Below, one piece after another: positions 20,133-28,461 of a stretch of 64,000 bases of DNA (position 1 is the stretch's first letter; each line of letters begins with the position of its first letter). Where the stretch lies: the IMG/VR virus record IMGVR_UViG_3300043478_000082, positions 507 to 64,506 of that record. One strand, written 5' to 3'. Origin of the DNA: a virus. A program made the translations under genes and the position numbers. The notes under the pieces are model-generated. The model saw only the letters and a program-made list of their open reading frames with translations, was not told the origin of the DNA and did not search any database.

Positions 20133-20316
20133 CGGGCGGGTCCTTCCTGTGTGTGCCACCGGGGAGTGTTGTTGGCAAACGACACCGGCCCCGATGGCAC
20201 GCCACCAGCTTACACGCCCGGAGGCGTGTGGAGCAAAGCCACCAGGCGTACTACGATGGGCGGAGTGGAGGGGCACTAGACCTGCACGTTGTCGTGCCCC
20301 TCCACAACGTCCTTCG

Positions 20317-20781
20317 TCAGGGTGCCTCGGCGATGATCTCGGCCTGATCCGACGCCGACAGCAGCGTGCTGTTGAGCAGGACGGCAGGATCACGTCCCGC
20401 CGCCAGGCCCATCGCCAGCAAGGCGTTCACCAGCAGGTTGATGTCAGCTTCGTACAGGCCGGGAGCCTCGCCGCGATGGTGGGTCGCTCTGATCAGCTCA
20501 CCGCGATGCGCCCGGATGCGCCGGGTGAGCTCAGGGATCGAACGGCGCAGGAGGGCCGTGGCAGTCACGGCACTCGTGTCATCGCGCATCGTCACGTGAG
20601 CGTACGTGCCGGTCAGGTAGTTGTAGGCGACGTAGAACCCACGATCCCGCAGCCGTGGGAGCGATCGGCGCCACGCCTCAGACGAGGCGCCGACGTCCTC
20701 GCAGGCGGCTTCCAGCTCAGTACGGGTGTGCGGAGCCCAGTCGGACAGCAGGGCTGCGACGGCGTTGTCGATCCAGCTCAC
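20317..20781 (-). CDS. Hypothetical protein, possible winged-HTH
   Basis: TRTELEAAC...WRRSLPRLRDRGF helix pattern; GTGA overlap. Confidence 0.55.
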   Translation of the reverse strand: MSWIDNAVAALLSDWAPHTRTELEAACEDVGASSEAWRRSLPRLRDRGFYVAYNYLTGTYAHVTMRDDTSAVTATALLRRSIPELTRRIRAHRGELIRATHHRGEAPGLYEADINLLVNALLAMGLAAGRDPAVLLNSTLLSASDQAEIIAEAP

Positions 20782-21536
20782 GTGGCCTCCATCCCCTGAG
20801 TCACGAACGTCGCGCAGCGATCGAGCAGACGGCGGTACGTGTCCTGCTCCTCTGTCGAGAGGTCGCTCTCCATGACCAACGCGTGCGCTCGTGCGAGCGC
20901 CGTGCCGACCTGGAAGGAGAGCTCCTGCAACTCGGCCAGGCGCGTCCGGCGGGGGCTGAGGTTGCGACGCTCCCAGTCCTTCTGCTGGCGGTCCACGATG
21001 TCGGGGATCGACTCGCCACCGGGGCCTCGGTCGACCTCCGCGACTCTGCGGTCGATGACCTTGCGGTAGACGTCGTCGGCCACCTTGGGCGTCGCCAGGA
21101 TGACCTGGGCCACCGTGTCGACGCCGTGCTTCTCGACCATCTGCTCGATGGTCGTGACGGCGCCGGGCAGCGAGTCGAAGCCGTCCGTGCCGGTCCGCAT
21201 GGCTGGGAACTCGCGGATCGGGATGGTGACCTTGCCGGGGCTCGGGTACTTCCCGTCGTGCTCATCGAGCCACGCCTGGACGTACTTGCGGACCGACGTC
21301 GCCGAGCGCAAGCCGAGGATGCCCCGCTCAGCGAACTGGACCGGCGTCTCAAAGCTGCCGCCATTGGCAGCTTTGCGAGCGTTGCGTCCGTTCACCTCGT
21401 CGAGTCGGACGTAGGCCGCGACGATCGCCGCCCGCTCCCACTTGGCCTTCGTGATGAGTGAGCCGAGGCCACTCAACTGATCGGCGGCTTCCTCCAGCGT
21501 GGCTGGGATCACCACCTGTCTGTCTCGTGCTGACAT
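20778..21536 (-). CDS. Hypothetical (probable DNA-binding) protein
   Basis: ATG 21536 after AAAGGAGA RBS, downstream of a promoter motif. Confidence 0.6.
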   Translation of the reverse strand: MSARDRQVVIPATLEEAADQLSGLGSLITKAKWERAAIVAAYVRLDEVNGRNARKAANGGSFETPVQFAERGILGLRSATSVRKYVQAWLDEHDGKYPSPGKVTIPIREFPAMRTGTDGFDSLPGAVTTIEQMVEKHGVDTVAQVILATPKVADDVYRKVIDRRVAEVDRGPGGESIPDIVDRQQKDWERRNLSPRRTRLAELQELSFQVGTALARAHALVMESDLSTEEQDTYRRLLDRCATFVTQGMEAT

Positions 21537-21581
21537 TGACTCTCCTTTGTTGTCATGCCACCACCCCTTATGGTGGTCTGT

Positions 21582-21592
21582 TAAGTATACCA
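21582..21592 (-). promoter_or_regulatory. Early promoter motif TGGTATACTTA
   Basis: Intergenic copy upstream of 21536. Confidence 0.7.
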
Positions 21593-21595
21593 AAC

Positions 21596-21783
21596 GTGAG
21601 GCACAAACGACAACGCCGGAGAAGGTCAAATGTTGGGCTCGAACAAATACCAATGGCGGTATTTGGAGCCTCACAAACAAATATCCGGCGCCCGATACTT
21701 GCTCAGCATCTAGGGCGCCGGATATCATGCGGGTTACCACAGCCCGGCATCAGTGTATCCCACTAGCCGGATCAACCCGGCTA
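21596..21783. other. AT-richer non-coding element of four consecutive hairpins (ncRNA or origin candidate)
   Basis: Stems 21596-602/21668-674 (enclosing 21644-651/21658-665), 21681-693/21713-725 (13 bp perfect), 21727-735/21741-750 and 21764-770/21777-783. Confidence 0.5.
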
Positions 21784-22315
21784 CGGGAATCGGTGCCACG
21801 TCCCGCTGCATCCCTGCACCCCGGCATCGAGCCGGTTCGTACACGCGTCAGAGGCGGACCTGCCCACGCGGGGTTGGGCTCCCCGGTAGCGCGGTGTTCA
21901 AGATGCGGCTGAGGTGATCCTCAGTGAGGCTGGGGAGAACTGGGTCACGTCGCGTCAAGGGGCGCGCTTAGTAAGAGGGGTGCCCAGTGACCGGGTTCTC
22001 CGACCGGGGGTCCAGGGGGTTCGACCCCCTGGGATAGCAGGCGGAGGGGACCGGGGTCGCTACAACCCCCAGGTGCGAAGAACGAACGGGCGCGAGAGAA
22101 ACTGGACACGATCCAGACGCGTGCTCGACGGGCTGCCGATCGACAGGTATACTGAGCCACTGGGCAGCGCTTCGGTGTCTGTCCTTCCTGTACCAATCGG
22201 TCCCCGGCTGACGAGCCCCACCGCCCGTCGCCGGGGACCGTGCGGGTTCACAGGCGCTCTGCTAAGCCGAGTCGTTGAAGCGCCGCGGCGTTGAAGGCGA
22301 CGGCCCTGTGATCGG

Positions 22316-22546
22316 TCAGGGGACGCGCACCAGCGAGCGGGCCACCGTCATCCAGGCGCCGCCTCGGAACTCGACCTGCACTCGTGCCCTCGGCAGGCAC
22401 ATCACGACCTTCGCCCACGTCGAGAGCTCAGGGTCGTCCGGGCAGATCTGGATCCAGGTGCCAACCTTGATCTTCGGCGGCTCTTTGGCTGCTCGGACCT
22501 TCTGCGGCTTCGGCGCGGAACGCGGTCCGTCGAAGGTGTCGCTCAC
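22316..22546 (-). CDS. Small SH3/KOW-like hypothetical protein
   Basis: GTG 6 nt after TATACT (leaderless); KIKVGTWIQI...WAKVV...VQVEF beta pattern. Confidence 0.5.
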   Translation of the reverse strand: MSDTFDGPRSAPKPQKVRAAKEPPKIKVGTWIQICPDDPELSTWAKVVMCLPRARVQVEFRGGAWMTVARSLVRVP

Positions 22547-22550
22547 CTTG

Positions 22551-22561
22551 CTAGTATACCA
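22551..22561. promoter_or_regulatory. Overlapping divergent -10 boxes (TATACT on -, TAGTAT on +)
   Basis: Only 18 bp separate the starts at 22546(-) and 22565(+); each hexamer is 6-7 nt from its start codon. Confidence 0.6.
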
Positions 22562-22564
22562 GGC

Positions 22565-22861
22565 GTGAGGCGCACCGAACTGCGGCGGACCCCGATGCGT
22601 CGCAAGCCGAAGCGCGATCCGATGCCGCCGGAGTTGCGCGAAGAGGTCCTGCGCCGGGACGGCTACGGCTGTCAGGCGAGGGGGATCGCGCCCGGTCGCT
22701 GCTCGTATGGCTACGAGGTCCATCACCTCCTGGCCCGCGGTCGAGGTGGCCGCCATGAGCTCGCCAACCTGATGACGCTCTGCCCGCTGCATCACCACTG
22801 GGTGACCGATCACCCGATCGAGGCGGCCGAGCTGGGCCTCAACCGTCGTGGTTACGCCTAG
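22565..22861 (+). CDS. HNH endonuclease
   Basis: VLRRDGYGCQ...C...EVHHL...GG.H.LANLMTLCPLHH. Confidence 0.85.
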   Translation: MRRTELRRTPMRRKPKRDPMPPELREEVLRRDGYGCQARGIAPGRCSYGYEVHHLLARGRGGRHELANLMTLCPLHHHWVTDHPIEAAELGLNRRGYA

Positions 22862-22909
22862 GAAGCCTCGTGGCTTGCGCCTGAAGGCTTACGCGGCTAG
22901 GATGGGGCA

Positions 22910-23278
22910 GTGCAGGATGAAGATCAGTTCCCACAGCATGTGACCACGCCATACGAGATCGAACAGATGCTCGCTCGGGCCTTGAAACGTCTGGACGAGC
23001 TGACCACCGAGTACCGCCGAGTTGAGATGGACGCCGCCATCGCTGAGGCTGACTACCGCCGGGCGAAGGGCGTCAAGGCGCTGGCGATCATCCGCGGCAA
23101 CCTTCCAGCCAAGGAGCGCGACGCCCGCATCGAGTTGGAGCTGGACGAAGAGCGCAGAGTCCACCTGATCGCCCAGGCCGAGCTGCACAGCCACCGGGAG
23201 CTGCTCAACACGATCCGCACCCGGATCGAGGCCCTCCGCAGCCTGAACGCCTCGGTGCGGGTGCTGGCGACCCCGTGA
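22910..23278 (+). CDS. Coiled-coil hypothetical protein
   Basis: GTG 6 nt after TAGGAT; helical heptads. Confidence 0.6.
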   Translation: MQDEDQFPQHVTTPYEIEQMLARALKRLDELTTEYRRVEMDAAIAEADYRRAKGVKALAIIRGNLPAKERDARIELELDEERRVHLIAQAELHSHRELLNTIRTRIEALRSLNASVRVLATP

Positions 23279-23502
23279 AAGCGTGCAAGCTCTGCGGCGC
23301 CGAGGTCCGGTACGTGAGGACCCGCCTGGGCGTCAGGATGCCACTCGACCCCACCCCGACGAGTGACGGCACCATCGAGCTGACCGAGGACGACGACGGC
23401 GCCGAGGTAGCGGTGGCGACCGGCAACCTCACCCTGTTCCACCAGGAGGCCATCCGCTACACGCCTCACTGGCTGACCTGCCCCGAGAGGAACAATTCAT
23501 GA
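23275..23502 (+). CDS. Small Zn-binding phage protein
   Basis: CKLCG...RMPLDP.P...HWLTCP. Confidence 0.6.
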   Translation: MKACKLCGAEVRYVRTRLGVRMPLDPTPTSDGTIELTEDDDGAEVAVATGNLTLFHQEAIRYTPHWLTCPERNNS

Positions 23503-23756
23503 ATCAGCTCAGCCTGCGACGGCTGAAGTCGTTGCACCGCAAGGTGCTGGAGGGCGAGGCGGCTCGCATCGAACGGGACGTGCTGCTGTGGCAGATGTCG
23601 CGCGTCGAGGGCGAGACGCAGCAGGTGCTGGCCGACGCCCTCAATGAGGTCGCTGCCCAGCGCGGCGGCACGGCGATGAGTCGCAACGCGATCCAGAAGA
23701 TCGTCATGCGCGAGGACCGGACGGCCGAGAGCTTCCAGGAGCAGGGACGGACATGA
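23499..23756 (+). CDS. Small HTH-like protein
   Basis: TQQVLADALN...MSRNAIQKIV; coupled starts and stops. Confidence 0.5.
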   Translation: MNQLSLRRLKSLHRKVLEGEAARIERDVLLWQMSRVEGETQQVLADALNEVAAQRGGTAMSRNAIQKIVMREDRTAESFQEQGRT

Positions 23757-24415
23757 GCATCACGTACGACGAGAAGTCCCAGCCGCACCTCGTCCCGATC
23801 GACACGGTCGACGAGTACCCCGACAACCCCCGTCGCGGCGACACCAAGGCGCTGCGGGAGTCGATCCTCACCAACGGCTTCTACGGCGTGCTGATCGCCC
23901 AGCGCTCGACCGGGTTCATCCTGGCCGGGAACCACCGGCTCCGGGTGCTACGGGAGCTGGGCGCCAAGGACGTCCCGGTGATGTTCATCGACTGCTCCGA
24001 CTCCGACGCCAGGCGCATCGTGCTGGCCGACAACCGCACGAGCGACCTGGCGTTCTACGACGACCCGACGCTGTTCAAGCTGCTCCAGGAGCTTGACGGT
24101 GACCTCAGCGGCACCGGCTACGACCGGGCCAGCTACGAGCTGCTGCTGCAAGGACTGGAGGGCGAGCAGATCCTCGGCGGCATCGCCCAGGGGTTCAGCC
24201 CCGAAGAGCGGGAGGCGGCGTACATCGACAGCGAGGTGCGCTCGATCATCCTGCCGTACAGCGGCGAGGCGTACGACGACGTGGCCGAGAACCTCCAGGC
24301 GCTGCGCTCGGCACTCAGCCTCGACACCAACGCCGACGTGGTCGAGGTGCTGGCGCGCGTCGCTGTCTGCAACATCGACTGGTTCACCGGCGAGGTCCGG
24401 ACGGACACCTACTGA
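23753..24415 (+). CDS. ParB/Sulfiredoxin-like N-terminal domain protein
   Basis: YPDNPRRGD...LRESILTNGFYG.LI....FILAGNHRL..L..LG...VPV.FI...A..IVLADNR. Confidence 0.85.
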   Translation: MSITYDEKSQPHLVPIDTVDEYPDNPRRGDTKALRESILTNGFYGVLIAQRSTGFILAGNHRLRVLRELGAKDVPVMFIDCSDSDARRIVLADNRTSDLAFYDDPTLFKLLQELDGDLSGTGYDRASYELLLQGLEGEQILGGIAQGFSPEEREAAYIDSEVRSIILPYSGEAYDDVAENLQALRSALSLDTNADVVEVLARVAVCNIDWFTGEVRTDTY

Positions 24416-25395
24416 TGGCGACCCGCTCCACCGTGCAGATCCCGCGCATCGAGCGTGAGCGCGTCGTGCCGTGGGTCCGCTGCACGTACGCCGACACCCT
24501 CGACGAGCGCTGGGACGGCCAGCTCCGCTCGTGCGGTGCGCTGATCCCGTTCCACCCGAAGCACCCCTGTCGTCACTGCGGTCAGATCCAGGCCCGCGCC
24601 CACGCCGAGGCGCCGAAGGACCATCTCGTCATCGACGGCCCGGCGCAGATCATCGACGCCGGGACCGGCGAGGTCGTGTGCGTCCACTGGACGGGCGCCG
24701 AGTCGATCGCCACCCGCATCCAGCACGGCCTGAACGGCGTCGCCTGGCACGACGAGGTGGGGGCCAAGATCAACAACAGCGGACGCCTCAGCGGGCTGCG
24801 GGTGAGCCACCGGGTGTTCGGCTACACCCAGCCCGCTCCGATGCGTCAGCGCTACGGCTGTGCGACCAGCTCGTTCAACCTCGACCACCCAGACGTCTAC
24901 GCCGACGTCGAGCAGTTCTGCCTGCTGGCCGAGTGGGTGTTCCGCACCTTCGCTCCCGACGTGCACGAACACACCGGGACGGTCACCCGCAAGGCGATCC
25001 CCGACGCCTGGCGCATCGCCGGGACGCTGTGGACGAGCGGGATCATCAACAACACCGCGGCGCTCCCGATGCACAAGGACAGCTCCAACGTCAAGGGCTC
25101 GTGGTCCGCGATGCTGGGCTGTCGCCGACAGATGGGCGGCGGTCTGCTCTACCTCGCCGACTACGACTGCTACCTGTCGATCCCCCACGGGAGCATCAGC
25201 ATCTTCGACGGCCAGTCAGTGGTCCACGGCGTGACGCCGATGGAGCCCAGAGGCCCTCAGGCGAGCCGCTACACGCTCGTCAGCTACTCGAAGACGGCGA
25301 TGTGCCGCTGTGCCCCCAAGCGAGGAGACGAGGTGCGTAGAGCGGCTCTGGCGGCCACACGGGCGGAGGACAACAGGATGCGCCGTGGAACGTGA
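24415..25395 (+). CDS. TET/JBP-type 2OG-Fe(II) dioxygenase
   Basis: IINNTAALPMHKDSSN (HxD), GG.LYL, IFDGQSVVHGVTP (distal His), RYTLVSY (2OG-binding Arg); adjacent to a ParB-like gene as in phage TET/JBP loci. Confidence 0.8.
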   Translation: MATRSTVQIPRIERERVVPWVRCTYADTLDERWDGQLRSCGALIPFHPKHPCRHCGQIQARAHAEAPKDHLVIDGPAQIIDAGTGEVVCVHWTGAESIATRIQHGLNGVAWHDEVGAKINNSGRLSGLRVSHRVFGYTQPAPMRQRYGCATSSFNLDHPDVYADVEQFCLLAEWVFRTFAPDVHEHTGTVTRKAIPDAWRIAGTLWTSGIINNTAALPMHKDSSNVKGSWSAMLGCRRQMGGGLLYLADYDCYLSIPHGSISIFDGQSVVHGVTPMEPRGPQASRYTLVSYSKTAMCRCAPKRGDEVRRAALAATRAEDNRMRRGT

Positions 25396-26245
25396 AGCCG
25401 ACCTCCGCCTGTTCGCCCAGTGGCACGTCGACAGCGGCGACATCGACCCCGTGTACCCGGTGCTCCGCTGGATCGAGGAGGACGTGTGCGTCGACGAGAA
25501 CGAGGCCGTGGCGCTGACCTTCCTCTACGTCGCCTACTACGACCTGACCAGCGCGGTGATGACGTGGCTCGACGGCTGGCGGCCTGGCCAGGAGTTGGAC
25601 TGGACGCAGTTGAAGCGACCGACTGGCACCGAGCGCCGCGCCCACCGTGACCCGGCGCAGTTCGTGCCCCACCTCTACGAGCTGGGTCGGATGCTGCGCC
25701 CTGACTACATCGACGTGATGCGGAAGATGAACTGGTGGGAGCTCCAAGATGAGCTCGCCCGCTGGCGGGGGAACGGTCGCTGGGCGGCGTACAAGACCGG
25801 CGAGATGCTCGGCCAGGTCAACGACTGGGAGATCGAGCCGCTCGACGCCGGTCACGCCAACAGCTCGGGGCCGCGCAAGGGACTGGCCGACGTGTACCCG
25901 GACATGGCGCTCGTCGGCAACCGAGCGAGCGTGATCCGCCGTCTGGACACGCGCACGGCCGAGCTGGCCGCGGCGCTCGATCTGCCGGTCCGTCAGGTCG
26001 AGACGGTGCTGTGCGACTGGCACTCGACGCTCCAGGGTGGCTACTACGTCGGCCACGACATCGACCTCATGCTCGAGCAGTCGTTGCGCCCGCAAGTACC
26101 TGACCACATCCGCCACCTCATCATCGACGCCCGCAGTGACTCGTTCAACGACCGCTGGCTCGGTGAGGTCCACGGGTGGCCGGGCATCCGCCGGGAGCTG
26201 AAGAAGCGCTACCGAGACCAAGGGGAGCTGATCTGGTGGTCCTGA
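25385..26245 (+). CDS. Amino-acid:DNA transferase (alpha-glutamyl/putrescinyl thymine pyrophosphorylase-like, aGPT-PPlase family)
   Basis: GNGRWAAYKTGEML (HhH-like), HANSSGPRKGL and VETVLCDW....GYYVGHDID motifs; GTG 25385 after GGAGG. Confidence 0.7.
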   Translation: MEREADLRLFAQWHVDSGDIDPVYPVLRWIEEDVCVDENEAVALTFLYVAYYDLTSAVMTWLDGWRPGQELDWTQLKRPTGTERRAHRDPAQFVPHLYELGRMLRPDYIDVMRKMNWWELQDELARWRGNGRWAAYKTGEMLGQVNDWEIEPLDAGHANSSGPRKGLADVYPDMALVGNRASVIRRLDTRTAELAAALDLPVRQVETVLCDWHSTLQGGYYVGHDIDLMLEQSLRPQVPDHIRHLIIDARSDSFNDRWLGEVHGWPGIRRELKKRYRDQGELIWWS

Positions 26246-26667
26246 AAGTGACCTACCCGCTCTGGGAGGACGAGAAGAAGGTCCGCGCCATCGCCAAGCG
26301 CTGCGGACCGTTCGTGTCGACCTACCGCGGGATGCGCGGTCTGCGCGACTACTACGACAAGGGCTGGGTCGGTCTGGTCTGGGCCGACGATGAGCCGGTG
26401 GGCTTCTGGGTGATCCGCCAGGGGATCCGCAACAAGTGGACGACCATCCACGAGATCGGCGTTGTGCCCGAGGCACAGCGGAGGGGCTACGGGGAGCAGA
26501 TGATCAACTTCCTGCTGTCCTCGTCGCCCTACTGGTGCCTGCGACTGGTCTGCGACGCCCGCAACGAGGGCGGCCTGGCGTTCTACCGCCGGATGGGCTT
26601 CAAGCGGCTCCACACCCGCTTCAACAAGGCAGGAGACACCATCGTGGACTTGGTGCTGAGCGCATGA
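26236..26667 (+). CDS. GNAT-family acetyltransferase
   Basis: IHEIGVVPEAQRRGYGEQMI (motif A) and NEGGLAFYRRMGF. Confidence 0.85.
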   Translation: MVLKVTYPLWEDEKKVRAIAKRCGPFVSTYRGMRGLRDYYDKGWVGLVWADDEPVGFWVIRQGIRNKWTTIHEIGVVPEAQRRGYGEQMINFLLSSSPYWCLRLVCDARNEGGLAFYRRMGFKRLHTRFNKAGDTIVDLVLSA

Positions 26668-27425
26668 GGCTGCTCGTCGTCGGCAACGGCATCGCTGGGT
26701 CGTGCGTGGCCCATCAGGCCCGCGCTCGGGGCTACCGGGTCACCGTGATGGCCGACAGCACCCGTCCAGCGGCCGCGGAGGCCGCGCTGTGCGTCGTGCG
26801 CCCGTCGTGGTTCTCGGGGGTCGAGCGGAGCATGGTCTGGCACGCCCTCGGCTGGTACGAGCGCATCGGGGCCGTCACGAGCGGCCTGGCCGACTACTCG
26901 GCCTACAACACGAAGATCCGCGAGCGCCGGACCGGCTACTTCGCCATCGACCCGTCCAAGGTGCTCGTGGAGCCCGATCTGGACGATCGGTACGAGGGTC
27001 GGCCCGAGGGCTACGACGCCGTGACCCTGTGCCTCGGTGCGTACTCCGACGTGTTCTGGAAGCGGACCTGGGGCGTCACGAGCGTGGTCGAGCACGAGGG
27101 GCCCGCGCTGCGCGCTCACTTCGCCCGCCCGCGGGAGGTGCTGTTCGCCGTGTGCCACGACGGCGCTCACGTCCGCTTCGGCAGCGCGGTCGGCGCCACC
27201 GAGTCCCAGGCGCGCTTTCGCCAGCAGATGATGGAGGATCGGGCCCGCGCCGTGGGGATGCTGAGCGGCGATGTCTCCCATATCGTGGGACAGCGGCTGA
27301 TGCCGCCCGGTCAGGTCGGCCCGGTGGAGCTCCGCGAGCCCGGCGTGTGGACGATGCACGGCTTCGGCCGCGTCGGGTTCAGCTTCGCCCCCGCCCGCGC
27401 CGAGGAACTGCTGGCGAAGCTCTGA
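26664..27425 (+). CDS. FAD-dependent oxidoreductase/lyase (DAO/glycine-oxidase-like)
   Basis: N-terminal LLVVGNGIAG Rossmann motif; C-terminal HGFGRVGFSFAP..A; ATGA overlap. Confidence 0.8.
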   Translation: MRLLVVGNGIAGSCVAHQARARGYRVTVMADSTRPAAAEAALCVVRPSWFSGVERSMVWHALGWYERIGAVTSGLADYSAYNTKIRERRTGYFAIDPSKVLVEPDLDDRYEGRPEGYDAVTLCLGAYSDVFWKRTWGVTSVVEHEGPALRAHFARPREVLFAVCHDGAHVRFGSAVGATESQARFRQQMMEDRARAVGMLSGDVSHIVGQRLMPPGQVGPVELREPGVWTMHGFGRVGFSFAPARAEELLAKL

Positions 27426-27937
27426 TGCGCGTTGTCTACGTCATCGGGGCGCCCGGCTCTGGCAAGTCGACGGCGGTCAGTCTGGCGACGCGCGACTGGG
27501 AGCACATCGTCGACTGGAAGCGCCCGTTCGCCCACAGCGTCTACGTCGAGGGCGTCCGCCTCGGGCGCACCGAGGCGCAGTTCCCCGGCACCGACACGCT
27601 GTCGATGAGCGTGAACCCGCTGGCGTGCGAGTTCGTGCAGACCGACGACTACCCGCTGTGCGTGGCCGAGGGCGACCGGTTGGCGAACGCCAAGTTCCTC
27701 GATGCCTGCCCGAGCCTCACGCTGATCCACCTCGACGTGTCGGTGGCCGTCGCTCGTGAGCGGGCGCGCAAGCGGGCGGAGCAGTTCGGCAGCAGGGTTC
27801 AGGACGAGAGCTGGTGGAAGGGGCGGGTGACCAAGGTGGACAACCTGCGAGCGCGCTTCCCACACGTGAGCGTCGATGGTTCCCGCACGTCGGAGGCCGT
27901 AGCCGCCGACGTGCGGGAGATCATCCTACGTCCGTGA
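27425..27937 (+). CDS. P-loop kinase (candidate 5-hydroxymethyluracil DNA kinase)
   Basis: YVIGAPGSGKST Walker A; GTDTLS and VAEGDRL segments; TGATG coupling. Confidence 0.7.
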   Translation: MRVVYVIGAPGSGKSTAVSLATRDWEHIVDWKRPFAHSVYVEGVRLGRTEAQFPGTDTLSMSVNPLACEFVQTDDYPLCVAEGDRLANAKFLDACPSLTLIHLDVSVAVARERARKRAEQFGSRVQDESWWKGRVTKVDNLRARFPHVSVDGSRTSEAVAADVREIILRP

Positions 27938-28134
27938 ACCAGCACTCGTGGATCTCGTAGCGGAACACCACGGCGATGGGGACGTCTTCCAGATCGGGTG
28001 AGCGGTACATCCAGATGTCGTGGCCCAAGTGGCGGTCCACCCAAGCGCGTCCTGCTCGGCTGTTGGAGCGGGGCATGACCATGAAGTCGTCCCCACCGTC
28101 AGCATCGCGGACGTGGACCACGGGGCGGCGACAC

Positions 28135-28374
28135 CTAGGACAGCGCCCGTTCGCCTTCACGCAACACGCGGAAGCGGTCCACCTCCGGCAACAGGATCAG
28201 CGATCGACCGCTGTCCCAGTTGACGAAGATCTGCATCCCGTTGCCCCCAGTGACCGTGCCCTCTTCGCCCGGCGTGAGCGGGTCAGGGTCGGGCTCTCCG
28301 TGGGCGATGAACTCGATGCGCGCTCCCGTCGGAACTGGGCACGGATCGTTGAGCAGCTCGTAGCGATCGCTCAT
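28135..28374 (-). CDS. DUF4314-like small protein
   Basis: PGEEGTV..GNGMQIFVNWDSGRSLILLPEVD pattern. Confidence 0.6.
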   Translation of the reverse strand: MSDRYELLNDPCPVPTGARIEFIAHGEPDPDPLTPGEEGTVTGGNGMQIFVNWDSGRSLILLPEVDRFRVLREGERALS

Positions 28375-28427
28375 GTCGACATGTCATCCCTCCTGTAGGC
28401 GGGACGCCCAGGGTGTGGGCGTCCCGC

Positions 28428-28438
28428 TAAGTATACCA
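28428..28438 (-). promoter_or_regulatory. Early promoter motif TGGTATACTTA
   Basis: Followed in the transcript by a perfect 12-bp hairpin (28399-410/28416-427) and the RBS. Confidence 0.7.
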
Positions 28439-28461
28439 CAGGGGGAGGTGTCCCCGCCAGC

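Noticed and set aside
21499-21912. 137-aa plus-strand ORF across the hairpin element
   Set aside because: No RBS, atypical codon usage, and it overlaps a promoter and the start of the opposite gene.
22015-22035. ccaggggg-TTCGA-ccccctgg hairpin resembling a tRNA T-arm
   Set aside because: The loop is 5 nt in the best fold, and no acceptor, D or anticodon arms were found. Treated as an ordinary hairpin.
23753-24415. ParB-like gene as evidence of plasmid-prophage partitioning
   Set aside because: No ParA ATPase or parS array nearby, the protein lacks the ParB HTH, and it is coupled to the TET/JBP gene as in modification loci.
24415-25395. Cytosine (5mC) hypermodification as described for phage TET plus methyltransferase systems
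   Set aside because: No C5-methyltransferase motifs (PC, ENV) were found anywhere, and the partner genes are of the thymine pathway type. Kept only as a refuting alternative.
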